A DNA stretch of 64,000 bases. Origin: Carcharhinus amblyrhynchos (taxonomy: Eukaryota). Shown here in pieces: positions 23,472 through 36,749 of this stretch (position 1 is its first letter; every line of letters begins with the position of its first letter). A program made the translations under genes and the position numbers. The stretch covers positions 74,834,001-74,898,000 of the forward strand of contig OZ336880.1 in assembly GCA_965287045.1 (NCBI GenBank), read 5' to 3'. A model generated the notes under the pieces. That model had not been told where the DNA came from. It saw only the letters and a list, made by a program, of their open reading frames with translations, and did no database searches.

Positions 23472-23694
23472 ACAAACACCCAGCCTGTGATATTATCTGT
23501 ACCAACATTATGGAGTTCATGTTGTTATTTCCAGAAAAGGAAAAATGGAGGATTAAAATGAAAGAAATTGAGTTTAGTTCCACCCCAAAATATAAACTGG
23601 AAAACATAATCAATTATTTTTCTAGTATCTGAGACTAAAACTGCAAAGAACATTCCCTTTAAGATACAGGTTAGAGTCCTCCGACCTCACCCGT

Positions 23695-23792
23695 GGCTGG
23701 GATTTTTCGCTCCCGCTGCTGGAGATTTTGCTGAGTGCCAAATTCTCCATTCTCGCTGGGAGAGGTGGCATTTGACGTTGGAGAATTCCAGC
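23695..23792. mobile_element. Short Harbinger-like MITE
   Basis: TIR-like ends ggctgggatttttc...gagaattccagc. Confidence 0.65.
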
Positions 23793-26736
23793 TGCATTCT
23801 ATTAACCATGATCTGCACATTCTCTTTTACGGCATAATTCACCTGAAGTAAACCCTTGATTATTATCAAAGTGAATCAAAAATACACAAAGACTCTAATT
23901 TTATTAATACACTAAGATGCATGAAAGTTACAGCAATTATTTCTCCTTGGTATTGCCAGAATATTATTGAACAAGAAAAACCTTTGAATTTTCACAGGCT
24001 GCTCCAAACAATGTAATAATTTTTGCATCAATTTAACCCGATTGGTATGGTGTAGTTTTAAGCAATGATAGGGCTGTCATCTGCTTCATTTGCAGGAACT
24101 AAAATATTAATCTTGGTGGGTCTGATGTGCGGGGATGTGAGCGTTTGATTGTTGGCAGTTTCAAAACCCTGTCTGTTTGATCAACAAAAGGAATACTCAC
24201 TTCTAAATGACAAAATGGTTTCTCTTTTGTATGTATCTATCACCTTTAAGCTCCTTTAAGTCTGGTACAGGCGTATTTCCCCTGTGGCACTTTAGAGTTG
24301 TATTGCAATATTACTGAATCATTACCCTTGCCGTGTTTCAAATGAAGGGTATTATTCAGTGTACACAGGCCTTACCTGAGTCAACAATATTCACGGCTAC
24401 AATATCATACATTCCACTGGTTAGTCTTGCAAATTAAAACACCCCCCCCTCCCACAACCCCATTTGCAGGGATTTAAACCAAGAATTACCACATGCTTAC
24501 AGAGTTAAACAGCTGGTACAATGATTTCTGTTGAATTTTTAATCAGGTGAATAAACCATTTGCGGGAGATGTTTTTTAGGCCTCCTGCAACCTTAATGTA
24601 ATACGCAGAAAGTCAAATAACAGTCAAAAGGTGAAACAGCCTAATATTCAGGCATAATCCATCATTGTACGCGCTAATTAGAATCAGCCCCCTCCTGCCA
24701 TTTAGTTTCAAAACAGGTTTAAAGGCTCAGAACATTCATTCAGCTGTTAGCTGACATGCTCCAGTGCATCCTTGTAGGATCCGCCTCATCTCCCTCTGGA
24801 GAAAATTTGTGCATGCATACAGTATGTGAACTTTAGATAAATAAATAAACAAGAGAAACAGCTTCCAGATAATTGAAAGTGAGTGAAGGAGGGAGCAGAA
24901 AGAAAACAGTCTCTCAGAGGGGGGAAGCAGGAGAGTGTGACAGGTATGATTAAAATCCCAATGATTTATGACAGGTACATCACTAACAAGATGCTCAAAC
25001 CCGCACCCACCTCCCCCCCCCCCTCCGCCGCCTTTTTAACGTTTGTTTGTTTTAGTGCATTCTAGAATAAAGATGTGTATTTTGCTTCAGGTTGTGCTCA
25101 GGAGATAAGGGAAGTTCAGTGCTTAGGAATTCCTTGTGGCTGGCTGAGCAGTAATTTAGCAACAACTCCCTGTCAGCATTAACATGTCAATTCATTTTAA
25201 TAGTCTGGGCATGCTCAATGGGTGAGCTTTTGCTTAGATGCAAAGCTGTGATTCTCCCATGAGCCCCTGTAGTGTAAGAGTATGTGTTATGGCCTGTCGT
25301 AGTTCAATAAGATTTGTGGGTTCTATACTCAAGGTGATAGAAGATCTTCTGAGACAATTAGCATAAAGCATCAGAAAATTTAGATATGCATTATTTTTGA
25401 CATCAGACTATGCTGGAGACTACACTGCAGTAATTATTCATACATCCAGATTGACTTTGATAGTAGCCAATTTTGGAACAGAGGTTGTTTAAACTATGCT
25501 TCTCCTTCAACGCTTTCTGTCATTACTTTACAATCTGTGGCCACAGTCCAATGCTGTTGTGCCTCGGAACTGAAAACAGCATTAAAAGTCACTGAAATGA
25601 CAATGTTAGATCAATATTCAGTCCTACATGTGCTGAGTCCGGATCGCGTGTGCACATTGAATCACCTGGTTGTGCAACTTAACAAATGACAAAGTTCAAG
25701 AGTGGGTTATGTTGGGTGGGGCCATGTGAAACACAGCCAGAAAATCACACTGTGTGCTGCTGCCTTACAAACTCTGTGAGCTATTTTAACAGTGGTATCG
25801 ACCCATTTATATGACCATGAAAACAGCAGCCAGAGGAGTTTGATATGATTGCATTGATTATTCCTGTGCTAATATTGAGTAGTATAATTTCCAGACTTAT
25901 ATTCTGCCAGGGATTGTTTATTTGATTATCTTAAGCATTGTACTTCAAATATATATGTGCAAGTGGAGGCAATATGGATGACACAATTAATGAACGTGTG
26001 TCAAGTGACTTAGAAGATACTCAGCTGATGTTACTGAAATATGTGCCCCAGGAACAAGTACAGGTGTTTTCTTTTATCATTGGTTCACCTTTTATTGTAG
26101 GTCTGAGGAAAAGAAAAGATTTATTATAGCTTTTGAGCTTGATCATACAGACATGTTCATTCCTTTTGCTTAGGGGCTACTAAACCTTGCTGTTTAATCT
26201 AAATATCTTATACTTCTCACCATTTGTGGGAAATACTTCAATACTCAGATAGTATATAGACAGACCATATAGCACATAGGATTCATTTTTGTGTGCAGGA
26301 ACACTCAATATTGTATAAAAATAAAACACTTACATAAGGCTAGATAAATTTGTTTCTATTAGCAAATCATTCTTTTTTTCTAAATGCCATGCCTTTGGGA
26401 ATTGTAAATTTTAATTACTAATCCAAACAGTATTTTTTTTTAAACTTGCCTTTTAATGGAAGTGGCGGACACTTTGATCTGTATTGCTGGTATGAACCTT
26501 GGCTGCGCGCAACATGACAGCATTGATTGACTGAAACCTTGAAATTATGTTTTGGGATTACTAAACTGTATGAATGTTTGACATATTCATTTGAAACTCC
26601 GTTCTCCAATACTTTAACAGAGCTATTAACCTGTTCAAAATAAGTTGGTTGTTATCCCGGGGGGTGGGGGGGTCAGTTAGCTCGCATGCAATGCAGGATG
26701 AAGCCAAAAGCATAGGTTCATACTCATACTTGTTAA

Positions 26737-27014
26737 AATTAAATTTTATTTGTTAGTCACAAGCAGACTTACATTTACACCGCAATTAAGTGACTATGAA
26801 AATCCTCTAGTCACCACACTGAGGGAGAATTTATTATGACCAATTCACTTTAACCTGCACATCTTTGGACTGTTGGGGGAAACCAAAGCACCCAGAGGAA
26901 ACCCACACAGACATTGGGAGAATGTGCAAACTCCACAGAGACTGTGACCCAAGCCAGGAATTGAACCTGCGTCCCTGAGGCAGCAGTGCTAACCATTGTT
27001 CCACTGTGCCACCC
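26737..27014 (-). mobile_element. HE1/V-SINE, tail B, inside an older tRNA-derived repeat
   Basis: Reverse tail-B copy; its flanks (26672-26730 ggtcagttagctc..., 27015-27125) resemble one interrupted SINE. Confidence 0.8.
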
Positions 27015-28167
27015 TGTTGTGATGGTTCATGGAGGCCTGGCCCATTACCTTGTCACATGTTTGCAGAGTGGTGTCTCCCAAGCTGCATCTGTAATAGAGA
27101 GAGATGCACCTGGTCCTTTGTGAACCATGCCTTGCCTAATCTCTCCAGATTTCAGATAAACATATTAAGCATTCATTTACTAGTATTAATTTCAGGATTA
27201 TGGTATCAGAATCACTTCACTATCATGCAAGCAAAATCTCTGCCGTCCTTATAACCCCATATCCTATATAGAGACCAATTCCAGTCTCAGATGAGATGGT
27301 CATTCTAAATTTTACCCAGTGCATTAGTGAGTAGGAAGGAAAGCTAGCTTAGATTGTTGGGTGCTTCAAGTATTACCAAACTGGGGGCCCTTAAGGATAG
27401 GCCAAGAAAGAATATGTATTTGTATCCCACTGGAACATAGAATGAAAACAACCATATTACGCTGAGAGAATCAGTGTACTTTTATCAACTAACTTCAATA
27501 AAGGCAGAAATTATGCAATAATGAAGACCTATTACTGTGAAGATGTGCAAGACTAAAATATGACTGGATTTTTGTCACAGTGGAAGCCTCTCCGACAGAA
27601 GTATTTGAAAATCAAGAGTCACAGCCCTGAGTGCCGTGCATTCCATTTTCCCTGGGGCAAGATTGGGGATGGTTCGCGTTTTGTACATGCACAATTAACA
27701 GAGGCTGTAGGCCATTTAAGTACCTCTAATGTTGGATTTTTGTATTCCATGAGTCTGGAACTCAAAGTGGTTCTACTACAAATACAGCTTAGGAGACAGC
27801 ACTCTGTAGGCATGGGACAAGGCAATGAGTGGACCTGGTAAGATCAACTCAGAGCCTTGTGCGTTTATGTAAATAGCTGGTGTATCCCTTTGGTAAGGTA
27901 CCACTACGGAATTAGGTTCAAACTTGTCTTCGCTGTCCCAGAATTTCTTTAATCTGATGAAGTAAGAGGGTGGGGCAACTGGTCAGGCAGAGCAATTATT
28001 TTTGTTCCTACTGACTCATGCACCTAGGTGCCAGGAAGAACATTGTGCTAGTGAAGGGTCAGATTGGCCATTGTGCAGAGTAGATTCTCACAAGGCTCTC
28101 GAAAATCACAATTACAATCAACCAGCCTCTGGTGGCATATTTTCACCCAAAGAACCTTATACATTGA

Positions 28168-28789
28168 ATCATAGAATTCCGACAGTGCAGAAAGAGGCCA
28201 TTTGCCCATCGCGTATGCACCAACAACAATCCCACCCAGGTCCTAGCCCTGTGACTCCATGGATTTACCCAACTAATTTTCCCTTTCACAAAGGGGCAGT
28301 TTAGCACGGCCAATCCACCTAACTCATACATCTTTGCATTGTGGGAGGAAATCGGAGCACCTGGAGAAAACCTATGGGGAGAATGTGCAAACTCCACATA
28401 GACAGTGCCCAAGGCCAGAATTGAATCTGGAGTTTTTGGCACAGTGAGGTAGCAGTGGCACAGTAGTTAACACTGCTGCCTCACAGCACCAGGGATCTGG
28501 GTTTGATTCCCAGCTTGGGTCACTGTCTGTGTGGAGTTTCTCCTCGTGCCTGCGTGTGTTTCCTCCAGATGCTCCTCCAATAGTCCAAAGATATGTGGGT
28601 TAGGTGGATTGGCCAGGCTAAATTGCCTCTTAGTGTCAGGGAACCTCACTAAGGTAACCTCGCTAACCTCGCCTGGGGTTATGGGGACAAGGTCTGGGTG
28701 GGATTGTGGTCAGTGTAGATTCAATGGGCTGAATGGCCTCCTTCTGTATTATAGGATTCCATGATTCATAAGCACTGTGCCACCATGCC
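28168..28789. mobile_element. Nested inverted HE1 SINE pair
   Basis: Minus copy 28168-28455 whose extreme 5' end reappears at 28771-28789; a plus copy (~28455-28770) sits between them. Confidence 0.85.
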
Positions 28790-29104
28790 ACAATATGTAA
28801 CTCCATAAATACACAAGGGACTACTCATCCCAGACAAGAGTGACACCGATCTTTGTCGCATCTTCGTTTGCCCTTTTGCTCTGCGATGGCAACATGAATT
28901 TATGTTTGCCTCATTTTGGTATAGGGAGGCATAATCGCTCTTCACCGCATCTGTGCATCAGAGAGCTCGTTCGCATGCGCTCTGTACACACCTACAAGAG
29001 TTATTCACACATACAAGCCTCAGTGCTGAAGCAGAGATATGTCCAATGCTTTTGCAGATAGAACCCTTCCCTTGGTCCTTTGTGTGGATGAGCCAAACTA
29101 CTTA

Positions 29105-29320
29105 CGTTGCCAGAATGCAGAGAATTACTGGATCAGTATTTTCAGCACCAAAGCCATGAATGCAGGTGGTCTCCTGCAGCATTCACCCCAGCCTCAGATT
29201 GTACCCGTGCCTTCTTAGCTGCACCAGGTGGAATGCAATGGCTAGCAGAGTACAGTTCTCCTCCACTAGACCTCATCCACTAACACAGCAAAATCCTAAT
29301 CAGAGAATTGTGGCATGGTG
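29105..29320 (-). pseudogene. Decayed Harbinger Myb/SANT-like DNA-binding ORF exon
   Basis: MPQFSD*DFAVLVDEV*WRRTVL / KKARVQSEAGVNAAG..SWLWC*K followed by a gtaagt donor; parallels RFSDxxLxxLVxEVxxRRxxL..KKAW....VNA....W.QCRK. Confidence 0.65.
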
Positions 29321-29429
29321 GTACTCATTTCTTCCCCTGCAGCTCCTCTCCGTGACATTCTATGAATGAAAATATACAGCGAAAAGGATCCTGAACCATC
29401 CAGATTCCATTGCTCTCATCCACTTTTGT

Positions 29430-29612
29430 GGGTGAGATGCTCTGGCCTCCCAGCCACGTGTTTCACGCCAGCAGGAGGTGGCGTATTGTTTGCTAGCAGT
29501 GGGAATCTCCGGTCCTGCAACTGTCAATGCGAATCCCCATTGACGTCGCCCCACGCTGACAGGAAACCCATGGGCGGGGATGCCATGCCTGCGGGACTGG
29601 AGAATCCCACTA
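29430..29612. mobile_element. Short Harbinger-like MITE (~180 bp class)
   Basis: gggtgagatgctctgg...ggagaatcccac termini; CpG-rich. Confidence 0.65.
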
Positions 29613-29689
29613 GCGTGAACATCCGGAGAATGTATGTTTACATGCACTAATCATTTTCACCGTGTCATCAATGAATACTGTTAACATGT

Positions 29690-30433
29690 AATGGAAAGAA
29701 AAGCTCTGCACAAATGTTTTGCACCAGGTATGTTATGGATGTTGCTTCAAGGTTGCAAACTGTGTTCATGGATCATTGATAGGCCTTCTGGATTACTTCC
29801 TCTCAATCACACAGTTATGCCATGACAGTGAGAGGATGAGAGGGACCTGGTTAAGGGTTAATAATGTGGGCACATGCTGAAGATGGCCAGAGGGCAATTG
29901 GATGGGATTATGAACATGGCACTGTTCATCATTCATCCACCCACTAAGTCTTGGCAGCTAATGACATGACTGCATAATACTTGTACCAGTTAGTAATGGG
30001 AAGACAATGCCATCTCCATGGCTGTGTCTTGAGAATCCATCCCATGCTTTCAGCAGTTTGTCATAGCGTGCTGTGAGCAGGCAGCAAGCCTCCCATTGAG
30101 TAAGCCCATAATGGGCCAAAAACTCCAGAATCACCATTTGTACATTTGACAATCATCCAACAAAGCAGTGACATGTCCTCTGAGGCACAGGGATTTCACC
30201 ATTGATGAACAATGTCTCAAATGGACCTTTCATAAAGCCTGCTTTTTATTTGCATCCAAGTTGTCCAATATACACTAGGCCCACCTCTGACACCTCATTA
30301 GTTCAGGGTATTCCATCACAACCTTTAATCCAGCCTGCACCCTCAGACTGAAAATCAGATGGCCAGGCAGCCATTTTTAAAGGTAGGGTTCACGGAGCTG
30401 GGAATTCTCCTGACTCATAATTGAAAATCCCAG
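29690..30433 (-). pseudogene. Highly decayed Harbinger transposase relic with a TIR-like end
   Basis: Minus-strand LSNVQMVILEFLA...GIVFP weakly resembles LPVxxKVxxALxFLA...YIxFP; lies upstream of the Myb relic on the same strand; ends gaaaatcccagtc. Confidence 0.4.
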
Positions 30434-30654
30434 TCTACAAGTACATCTGATGGGAAGTCACACTCAAAATGAACTTGGGTTATAAGGTTGTTGCAACAGT
30501 GCTGTAGTCCTATTCCCAACAGTGTGCCTTCCAAATCTTGGGAGGTTGAGATTGATGAATTTGGAGCAGCATCAGAATATTTGAATTTGCATTTCCAGGA
30601 GAGCTGTTTATTGACATAACACATGCACAGACTTATGACATGGCCTTTTATCAA

Positions 30655-31027
30655 GGTTACATTGAATATTCAAAAGGTTCTGAAGATTCAGAAAGAATGT
30701 CCCCAATGGCGGGGGAGTCCAGAACAAGGGATCATAGTTTAAGAATAAGGGGTAAACCTTGTGGAACGAAGGTGAGGAGAAATTTCTTCACCCAGGGAGT
30801 GGTGAATATGTGGAACTACTGAAAGTAGTTGAGGCCAAAACATCTAATTTCAAGATCAAATTAGTTATCGGTCTTGGGTCTAAAGGGGGTCAAAGGATGA
30901 GGGGGGTGGAGGCGGGAGGGGGGAGTCAGGATATTGAATTTGATGATCAGCCACGACCAAAATGAATGAGGGAGTAGGCTCAAAAGGCTGAATGGACTAC
31001 TCGTGCTCTGATTTTCTATGTTTCTAT
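30655..31027 (+). mobile_element. CR1-clade LINE 3' fragment
   Basis: GESRTRDHSLRIRGKP..VRRNFFTQGVVNMWN peptide; tail ttctatgtttctatg. Confidence 0.9.
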
Positions 31028-31093
31028 GAAGATCCCTTACTGAGCAACTGAAAAAGTGATCATTTGTGAAAACCTGGATACTGGTTTCTGAGT

Positions 31094-31198
31094 AAGTCTC
31101 ACCACACCAGGTTAAAGTCCAATAAGTTTTGGGCTTTAGCCTGGTGTTGTGAGACCTCTTCCTTTGCTTATCCCAGTCCAACGCCCGCATCTCCACAT
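31094..31198. mobile_element. Penelope-like fragment (P1) with fold-back junction
   Basis: gtctcaccacaccaggttaaagtcc / gggctttagcctggtgttgtgagac inverted arms. Confidence 0.8.
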
Positions 31199-31419
31199 AC
31201 CGGTTTCTGATGCAGGGCAATCCCTCAAAGATTAGGCTCTTGCTTCCCTCTCTCAGCAATGCCATGCCTGGCTTACTGCACACTTCTGGTATGCTCTTTA
31301 CTGTAAAAGCAGTCAGAGATATCAGAAAGTTAAATGAGAAAACCGAGGAAAACAAATAATGATCAATAATCTAAAAGCACTGGAGAAGTGTATGAGTGTG
31401 AATTGCCTGCCATAAATCA

Positions 31420-32194
31420 TGTGACCTTTGGCATTTGGACTGCAGACAGTATAGAGCCTCTGGCGAATATATAATTAAATATGGACAAGGGTGGGAGTAC
31501 CTCACAGCCTTCAGTGGAATTCACACATTTTACTGTTTATGAATGGGTTGACACCTGATTATTATGGAGTTTTTGAATGACTTGTCTCCCTGTTTCACAC
31601 TGAACAAAAGAGAAGATCAAAACTCAATGTTTACTATCAATTTCCTATTGGATCACCAGGACCTCCGCCCTCTAAATGATACTGGGTAAGCCTTAGAATT
31701 GTTAGCCTAGAAGTCATGAGATTAAAATGGGCTTCATCACCCCAGGACCAAACAGATTATGAGAACCTTCAGTTGTCAGCCAGTCCGAACCAGACTCTGA
31801 AACTGACTGCAAATCAGAGACTAGCCAATGTACTTAACATGTTCCAGTTTTGAAGTTTTCCTGAAGTTTTCCTAGATATTTGATTATAAGAGATCTCACA
31901 ACCTGCTGTGAACCTTTCATTTCACAATAGCCTCATTTCAAATTTAAACCATTGAATTCATTCAAGAAATCATAAGCCTACCACATGAGAGACATTTGTG
32001 TGTGTGTGTGTGTGTGATGTTGTGTTAATTCAGAGTAAGCTTATGAAAATAAATAACTTTATTTAAACTCACAAAAGCTTGCTGCTTAGTTGTTTCATTG
32101 AAATGCACTCTCCAAATGATAAGAAAAAAAACTCTTTCTAAACGCAACATACTGATCACAAGAAGTAAGAAGGCAAATGTATTCTACCCATGAC
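31420..32194 (+). mobile_element. Probable solo LTR containing a (TG)n microsatellite at ~31997-32015
   Basis: tgtgac...atgaca-like ends, (TG)n followed by AATAAA; no ORF. Confidence 0.4.
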
Positions 32195-33050
32195 ATTGTA
32201 AAGAATATGGCAGCATAATTGTTAGTTAGATTACTTTGGTGGCATATTGTTGCATCTTACTTTGAGCTAAAAGATTGTCCAAAAATCTCACCTGTTCGAA
32301 AGTAACTTCATTCATTTCCCTCTGATTGGAGGAGGCATCCAATTAATCATCAAACTCAACTGACGTTTGCTAACTTGTATTACGTTCTTCATTTTACTAT
32401 CACAATTTCATTACAATTGCATTGGAATTGTCCTCCTTTGGATCTCTCAACATTACAAACATAATGGGATTCTGACCAGATATTTGTAAAACTACTGTCC
32501 TCCAAGCAGACCCTTGCCCATTTACCATTGATACCTGTTAACAGCTTTCAAACAATCTGTCGGAATTGCCATTGATCCAATACATTTATGCGGAAGTTTT
32601 CAAATCATCAAAGTAAATAATTAGAAGTAACAGACAATAAGCTGGAAGACATGTCTGAATACCAGAAATTCCTCACACCTCAGGAGCCCTGTATAACCTT
32701 AGAAGGCAATATTGGAGTGGAAGCGTTTAGGAAGTTGGATTTCTGGGTTAATGGTTTAGCCAGGCAGTTTTCTATGATAAAACAATGATGTAGTGTAATC
32801 TTAAAATGGATTTCCACTCTGCGCAACCAGAACTGTCAATTTCAGTGTTGCAAACAGGATAGATTTATGTTTATGATCATTTTTATGATATTATCAATTA
32901 AAGACAAAATGTACTAAACAATAATTTCAATCTAGAGTGTTTTGAGAACATTAATTGTAGCAGATATTGTTTATTTTTATGATGCCTCTTCTCATGGAGT
33001 TTTATCATTGTGTTGCAGCTATAATCACTGCAACTAAAAGTAAGGCATTT

Positions 33051-34627
33051 AAAATCACCAGCACCACGCACCCCTCCCTGATGAGCTCAATGCATTCTAT
33101 GCCTGCTTTGAGTAAGAAGTTGGTGAGAGCACACCATCCACCGCAGATGAATCTGTATCCGAGGTCACCATTCAGATGTCAGAGCAGCCTCCTCGAAGGT
33201 CAGCCCACAAATGAACACTTAGATCCTGTGCAGACCAGCTGGCGGGGGTATTTCGATCTCTCTTTACAACAATATGAGAGCCTTATCTGCTTCAAGAAGA
33301 TGAACATCATTCCAGTACCAAAGAAAAGCCAGGCAGTGTGCCTTAATGACTATCGTCTGGTAGCTCTGACATCCATCATTATGAAGTGCTTCGAAAGGTT
33401 AGTCATGGCACGGATCAATTCCAGCCTCCCAGATTGCCTGGATTCGCTATAGTTTCCTTTTGCTGCAAAAGATCCACAGCAGACAACATCTCCTTGGCCC
33501 TACGTTCAACTCTGGACCACCTAGATAACAAAGACACTGATGCCAGACTCTTATTTATTGACTACAGCTCAGCCTTCAACAACGAAATTCATCTCCAGAA
33601 TCCATGGCTTGAGACTCAACTCCTTCCTCTACGGCTGGATCCTGAGCTTCCTAATTACAGATCGCAACCAGTAAGGACAGGCAACAACACCTCCTCCATG
33701 ATCATCCTCAGCAACAGCGCTTAGTCCTCAGCTCTTACTATACTCCTTACACACTTATGATCTTGTGGCCAAATTCCTTTCCAACTCGATCTTCAAGTTT
33801 GCTGATGATGCCACTGTAGTGGGTTAGATCTCAAACAAAGACGAGATGGAGTACAGAAAAGAGATAGAGAATCCGGTGAACTGGTGCAACAACAATAATC
33901 TGTCCCTCCAGGTCAGTAAAAGGAAGGAGATAGTCAACAATTTCAGGAAGCATAATGGAGGACATGCCTCTGTCTATATCAATGGGGATGAAGTAGAAGT
34001 GGTCAAGAGGTTCACATTTTTAGGTGTCATCAACAACCAGTCTTGGTCCCCCCATGCTGACACTGTAGTTAAGAAAGTCCATCAACATATCTACTTTCTC
34101 AGAAGACTAAGGAAATTTGACATGTCTGCTACGACTCTCACCAACTTTTACAGATGCACCGTAGAAAGCATCTTTTCTGGTTGTATCACAGCTTGGTATG
34201 ATTCCTGCTCTGTCCACAACTGCAAGAATATACAAAAGGTTGTGAACGAAGCCCAGTCCATCACTCAAACCAGCCTCCCATCCATTGACACTGTCTACAC
34301 TTTCCGCTACCTTAGGAAAGCAGCCAACATAATTAAGGACCCTACACACCCTGGACATACTTCTTCCTTCAGGAAAAAGATACAAAAGTCTGAGGACACG
34401 TACCAACTGACTCAAGAACAACTTCTCTGCTGCCATCAGACTTTTGAATAGACCTACCTTGCATTAAGTTGATCTTTCTCTACATCCTAGCTATGACTAC
34501 AACATTATATGCTGCACACTTACCTTTCCTTCTCTATGAATGGTATGCTTTGTCTGTATAACATGCAAGAAACAATACTTTTCACTGTATGCTAGTACAT
34601 GTGATAATAATAAATCAAATCAAATCA
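33051..34627 (+). mobile_element. Rex1/Babar non-LTR retrotransposon, 5'-truncated, disrupted RT
   Basis: Motifs IIPVPKK, CLNDYRLVALTSIIMKCFERLV, LLFIDYSSAFN, KFADD (aagtttgctgatgat ~33796), YFLRRLRKF, FYRCTVES; frameshifts; tail aataaatcaaatcaaatca. Confidence 0.95.
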
Positions 34628-34989
34628 GCACTGACAAAGGTGGATGGACTATCAATAGTACACATTAATAGTATTTGTGATTGTCTAGACATGCAAAAGA
34701 ATGGAAATTCAAAACCTTAATTTTCCAAACTTTGATGATTCAAGATTCAAAAATTAAAATCAGTTTTCAAAGAAATTGACTGAAATGTTTTAAATTTGGA
34801 AGGTTTAAAATGGGGCAGATTCCAGGAATTCACATTCTGGAGTGCATGTGGAAACTTTAAATCCTCAGGTCAATGCGCTATGCAACATCTTGACCAATGA
34901 CATTTATGAGGTGTATCCTAATTTATCCAAGCAGATTTTTTTAAATGAAATTATGACGACAAAATAAAGAATGGAATACAAAACTATAC

Positions 34990-35156
34990 GGAGTCTACGC
35001 ATTCTCCCCATGTCTGCATGGGTTTCCGCTGGGCGCTTTGGTTTCCTTCCACCATGTACCCGAACAGGGCCCAGAGTGTGGTGACTAGGGGACTTTCAGA
35101 GTAACTTTATTGCAGTGTGAATGTGAGCCAACTTGTCACACTAATAAATAAACTTA
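34990..35156 (+). mobile_element. Partial HE1/V-SINE with tail B
   Basis: Central-domain fragment plus tgtacccgaacagg...taataaataaactt. Confidence 0.85.
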
Positions 35157-36429
35157 AGCTTCCTGGGAAAAAACTGGAGTTTTATTAATGTATAGTCTAA
35201 CTCTAATATTATCAATAAGCAGGGACTGGACAGATACCTTTCTGCCTGAAATGAACTTCCACTGTGCGCAGAAGGGGGAAAACAATGAAAGGCTAATGTT
35301 AACCCAGTTCGTTACTGTTCTGCTGCACTATTTTATTGGATCTTCCATTTACTACCAAGAAATTTTAAGCCACTTAATAACTTCATGTTTTAAAGAATGG
35401 AGCCGTTTTAATCATATTGAAGCTTATATTTCATCGCTTTTCCCAAGTTCAATTTCTTCACTAGCCTCAACTGCAAATACATAGCAGTATCTTCACACTC
35501 AATATAGGTGTTTCTCACACCTATTTTCAGTAAATGAATAGACACCTAATTACATTATCATAGCAACAGGAATTGGCTATATCTCCTCCAATTACATCAA
35601 TTAAGCTAATGAATAATGCCCATTAGTGTAATTGCCCTCATGCATACATTAGCTGTAACATTTCAGTTGATCGTCTCCATCCCTTTTGTAACCTGTGCAT
35701 CTCATTGTCATATTTACCTTCAAAAGCGCACTTAAAAACATAACTCTTGGACTACATCTTTGAGCAACCCATCTAATTTACTTACTTTATCCCTGCTTGG
35801 ATCTAATTTCCAAGTGTGAAGGTATATGAGATGCTCTGCTACATTACAGGTACAATATAATGTGGGTTGTGTTGCTTAGCTTCATCTTTTCTGACAATTA
35901 ATTTTACTTTATGATTTTGTTTATGTATCTGTATTGGTGCATGTGTTTTTATCAGTACCATAACCTATCTGGTTCTGTGACCTTCACAAATAACAAAGGA
36001 TATTTATTTAAAAATCAAAAGATTCAATCAGATCCATGCACGTGTATCACGATTCCAATTCTTCTCTAATTTTGCTATATTCATTAAAAGTAAAACAAAC
36101 AATTTCTGAATATTGATCTTTACTTTGCTCTTCATCCTGGGATCCACTACATCAATCAACCTCCAGATGAGTAATTAATGCTCCTGAAACATTCTACGTA
36201 TATATCATACAACAAGAAAGCTAATTAGTGGGAGAAGTTTGCTATCCTAGAACAGACACTGGGATCTGACAGATATTTGTATTGCAGCTTAGCACTACAG
36301 TACCGGCTTGGCTTCAAACTCTGCATCACAAAGAGTACACCAGTTTCAGCGCATTTGGGGATAGATTGGTGACTCATAGGCTCAAGCAATGCATCTATTT
36401 TGTGTTAGTTTTCTATTCATTTTAATTTC

Positions 36430-36700
36430 TCTGAATGAGGGGGTATATTGGTGCCATTAGTGAATGTCACTGATGCTTGTGAAAAGTACCAACCAACTTT
36501 GCTCTCTAAGTTAAAACCCATCTTGTTCACTAATGTCCTTTACAGAAGGCAATCTGCCATCCTTACCTGATCTGGCCTACATCTAATTTCAGAGCCACAG
36601 CAATGTGATTGACTCCCAACTGCCTCAAAGGGCAACTAGGGATGGGCAATAAATGCTGGCTAGCTAGCCACACCCATATCCTTCAAATTAATTTTAAAAA
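36430..36700 (+). mobile_element. tRNA-derived SINE (family B), rearranged
   Basis: aaacccatc...ctaatgtcctt...gggatgggcaataaatgctggc. Confidence 0.75.
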
Positions 36701-36749
36701 AATGTGAACAATAGCTGTTACCCAACAAGGAGTGCATTTAGACTTATTG

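Noticed and set aside
30861-31355. 164-aa minus-strand ORF
   Set aside because: Runs across CR1, Penelope and other repeat fragments; non-ATG start and no coherent domain.
33846-34451. 201-aa ORF as a functional gene
   Set aside because: It is the C-terminal part of a truncated, frameshifted Rex1/Babar ORF.
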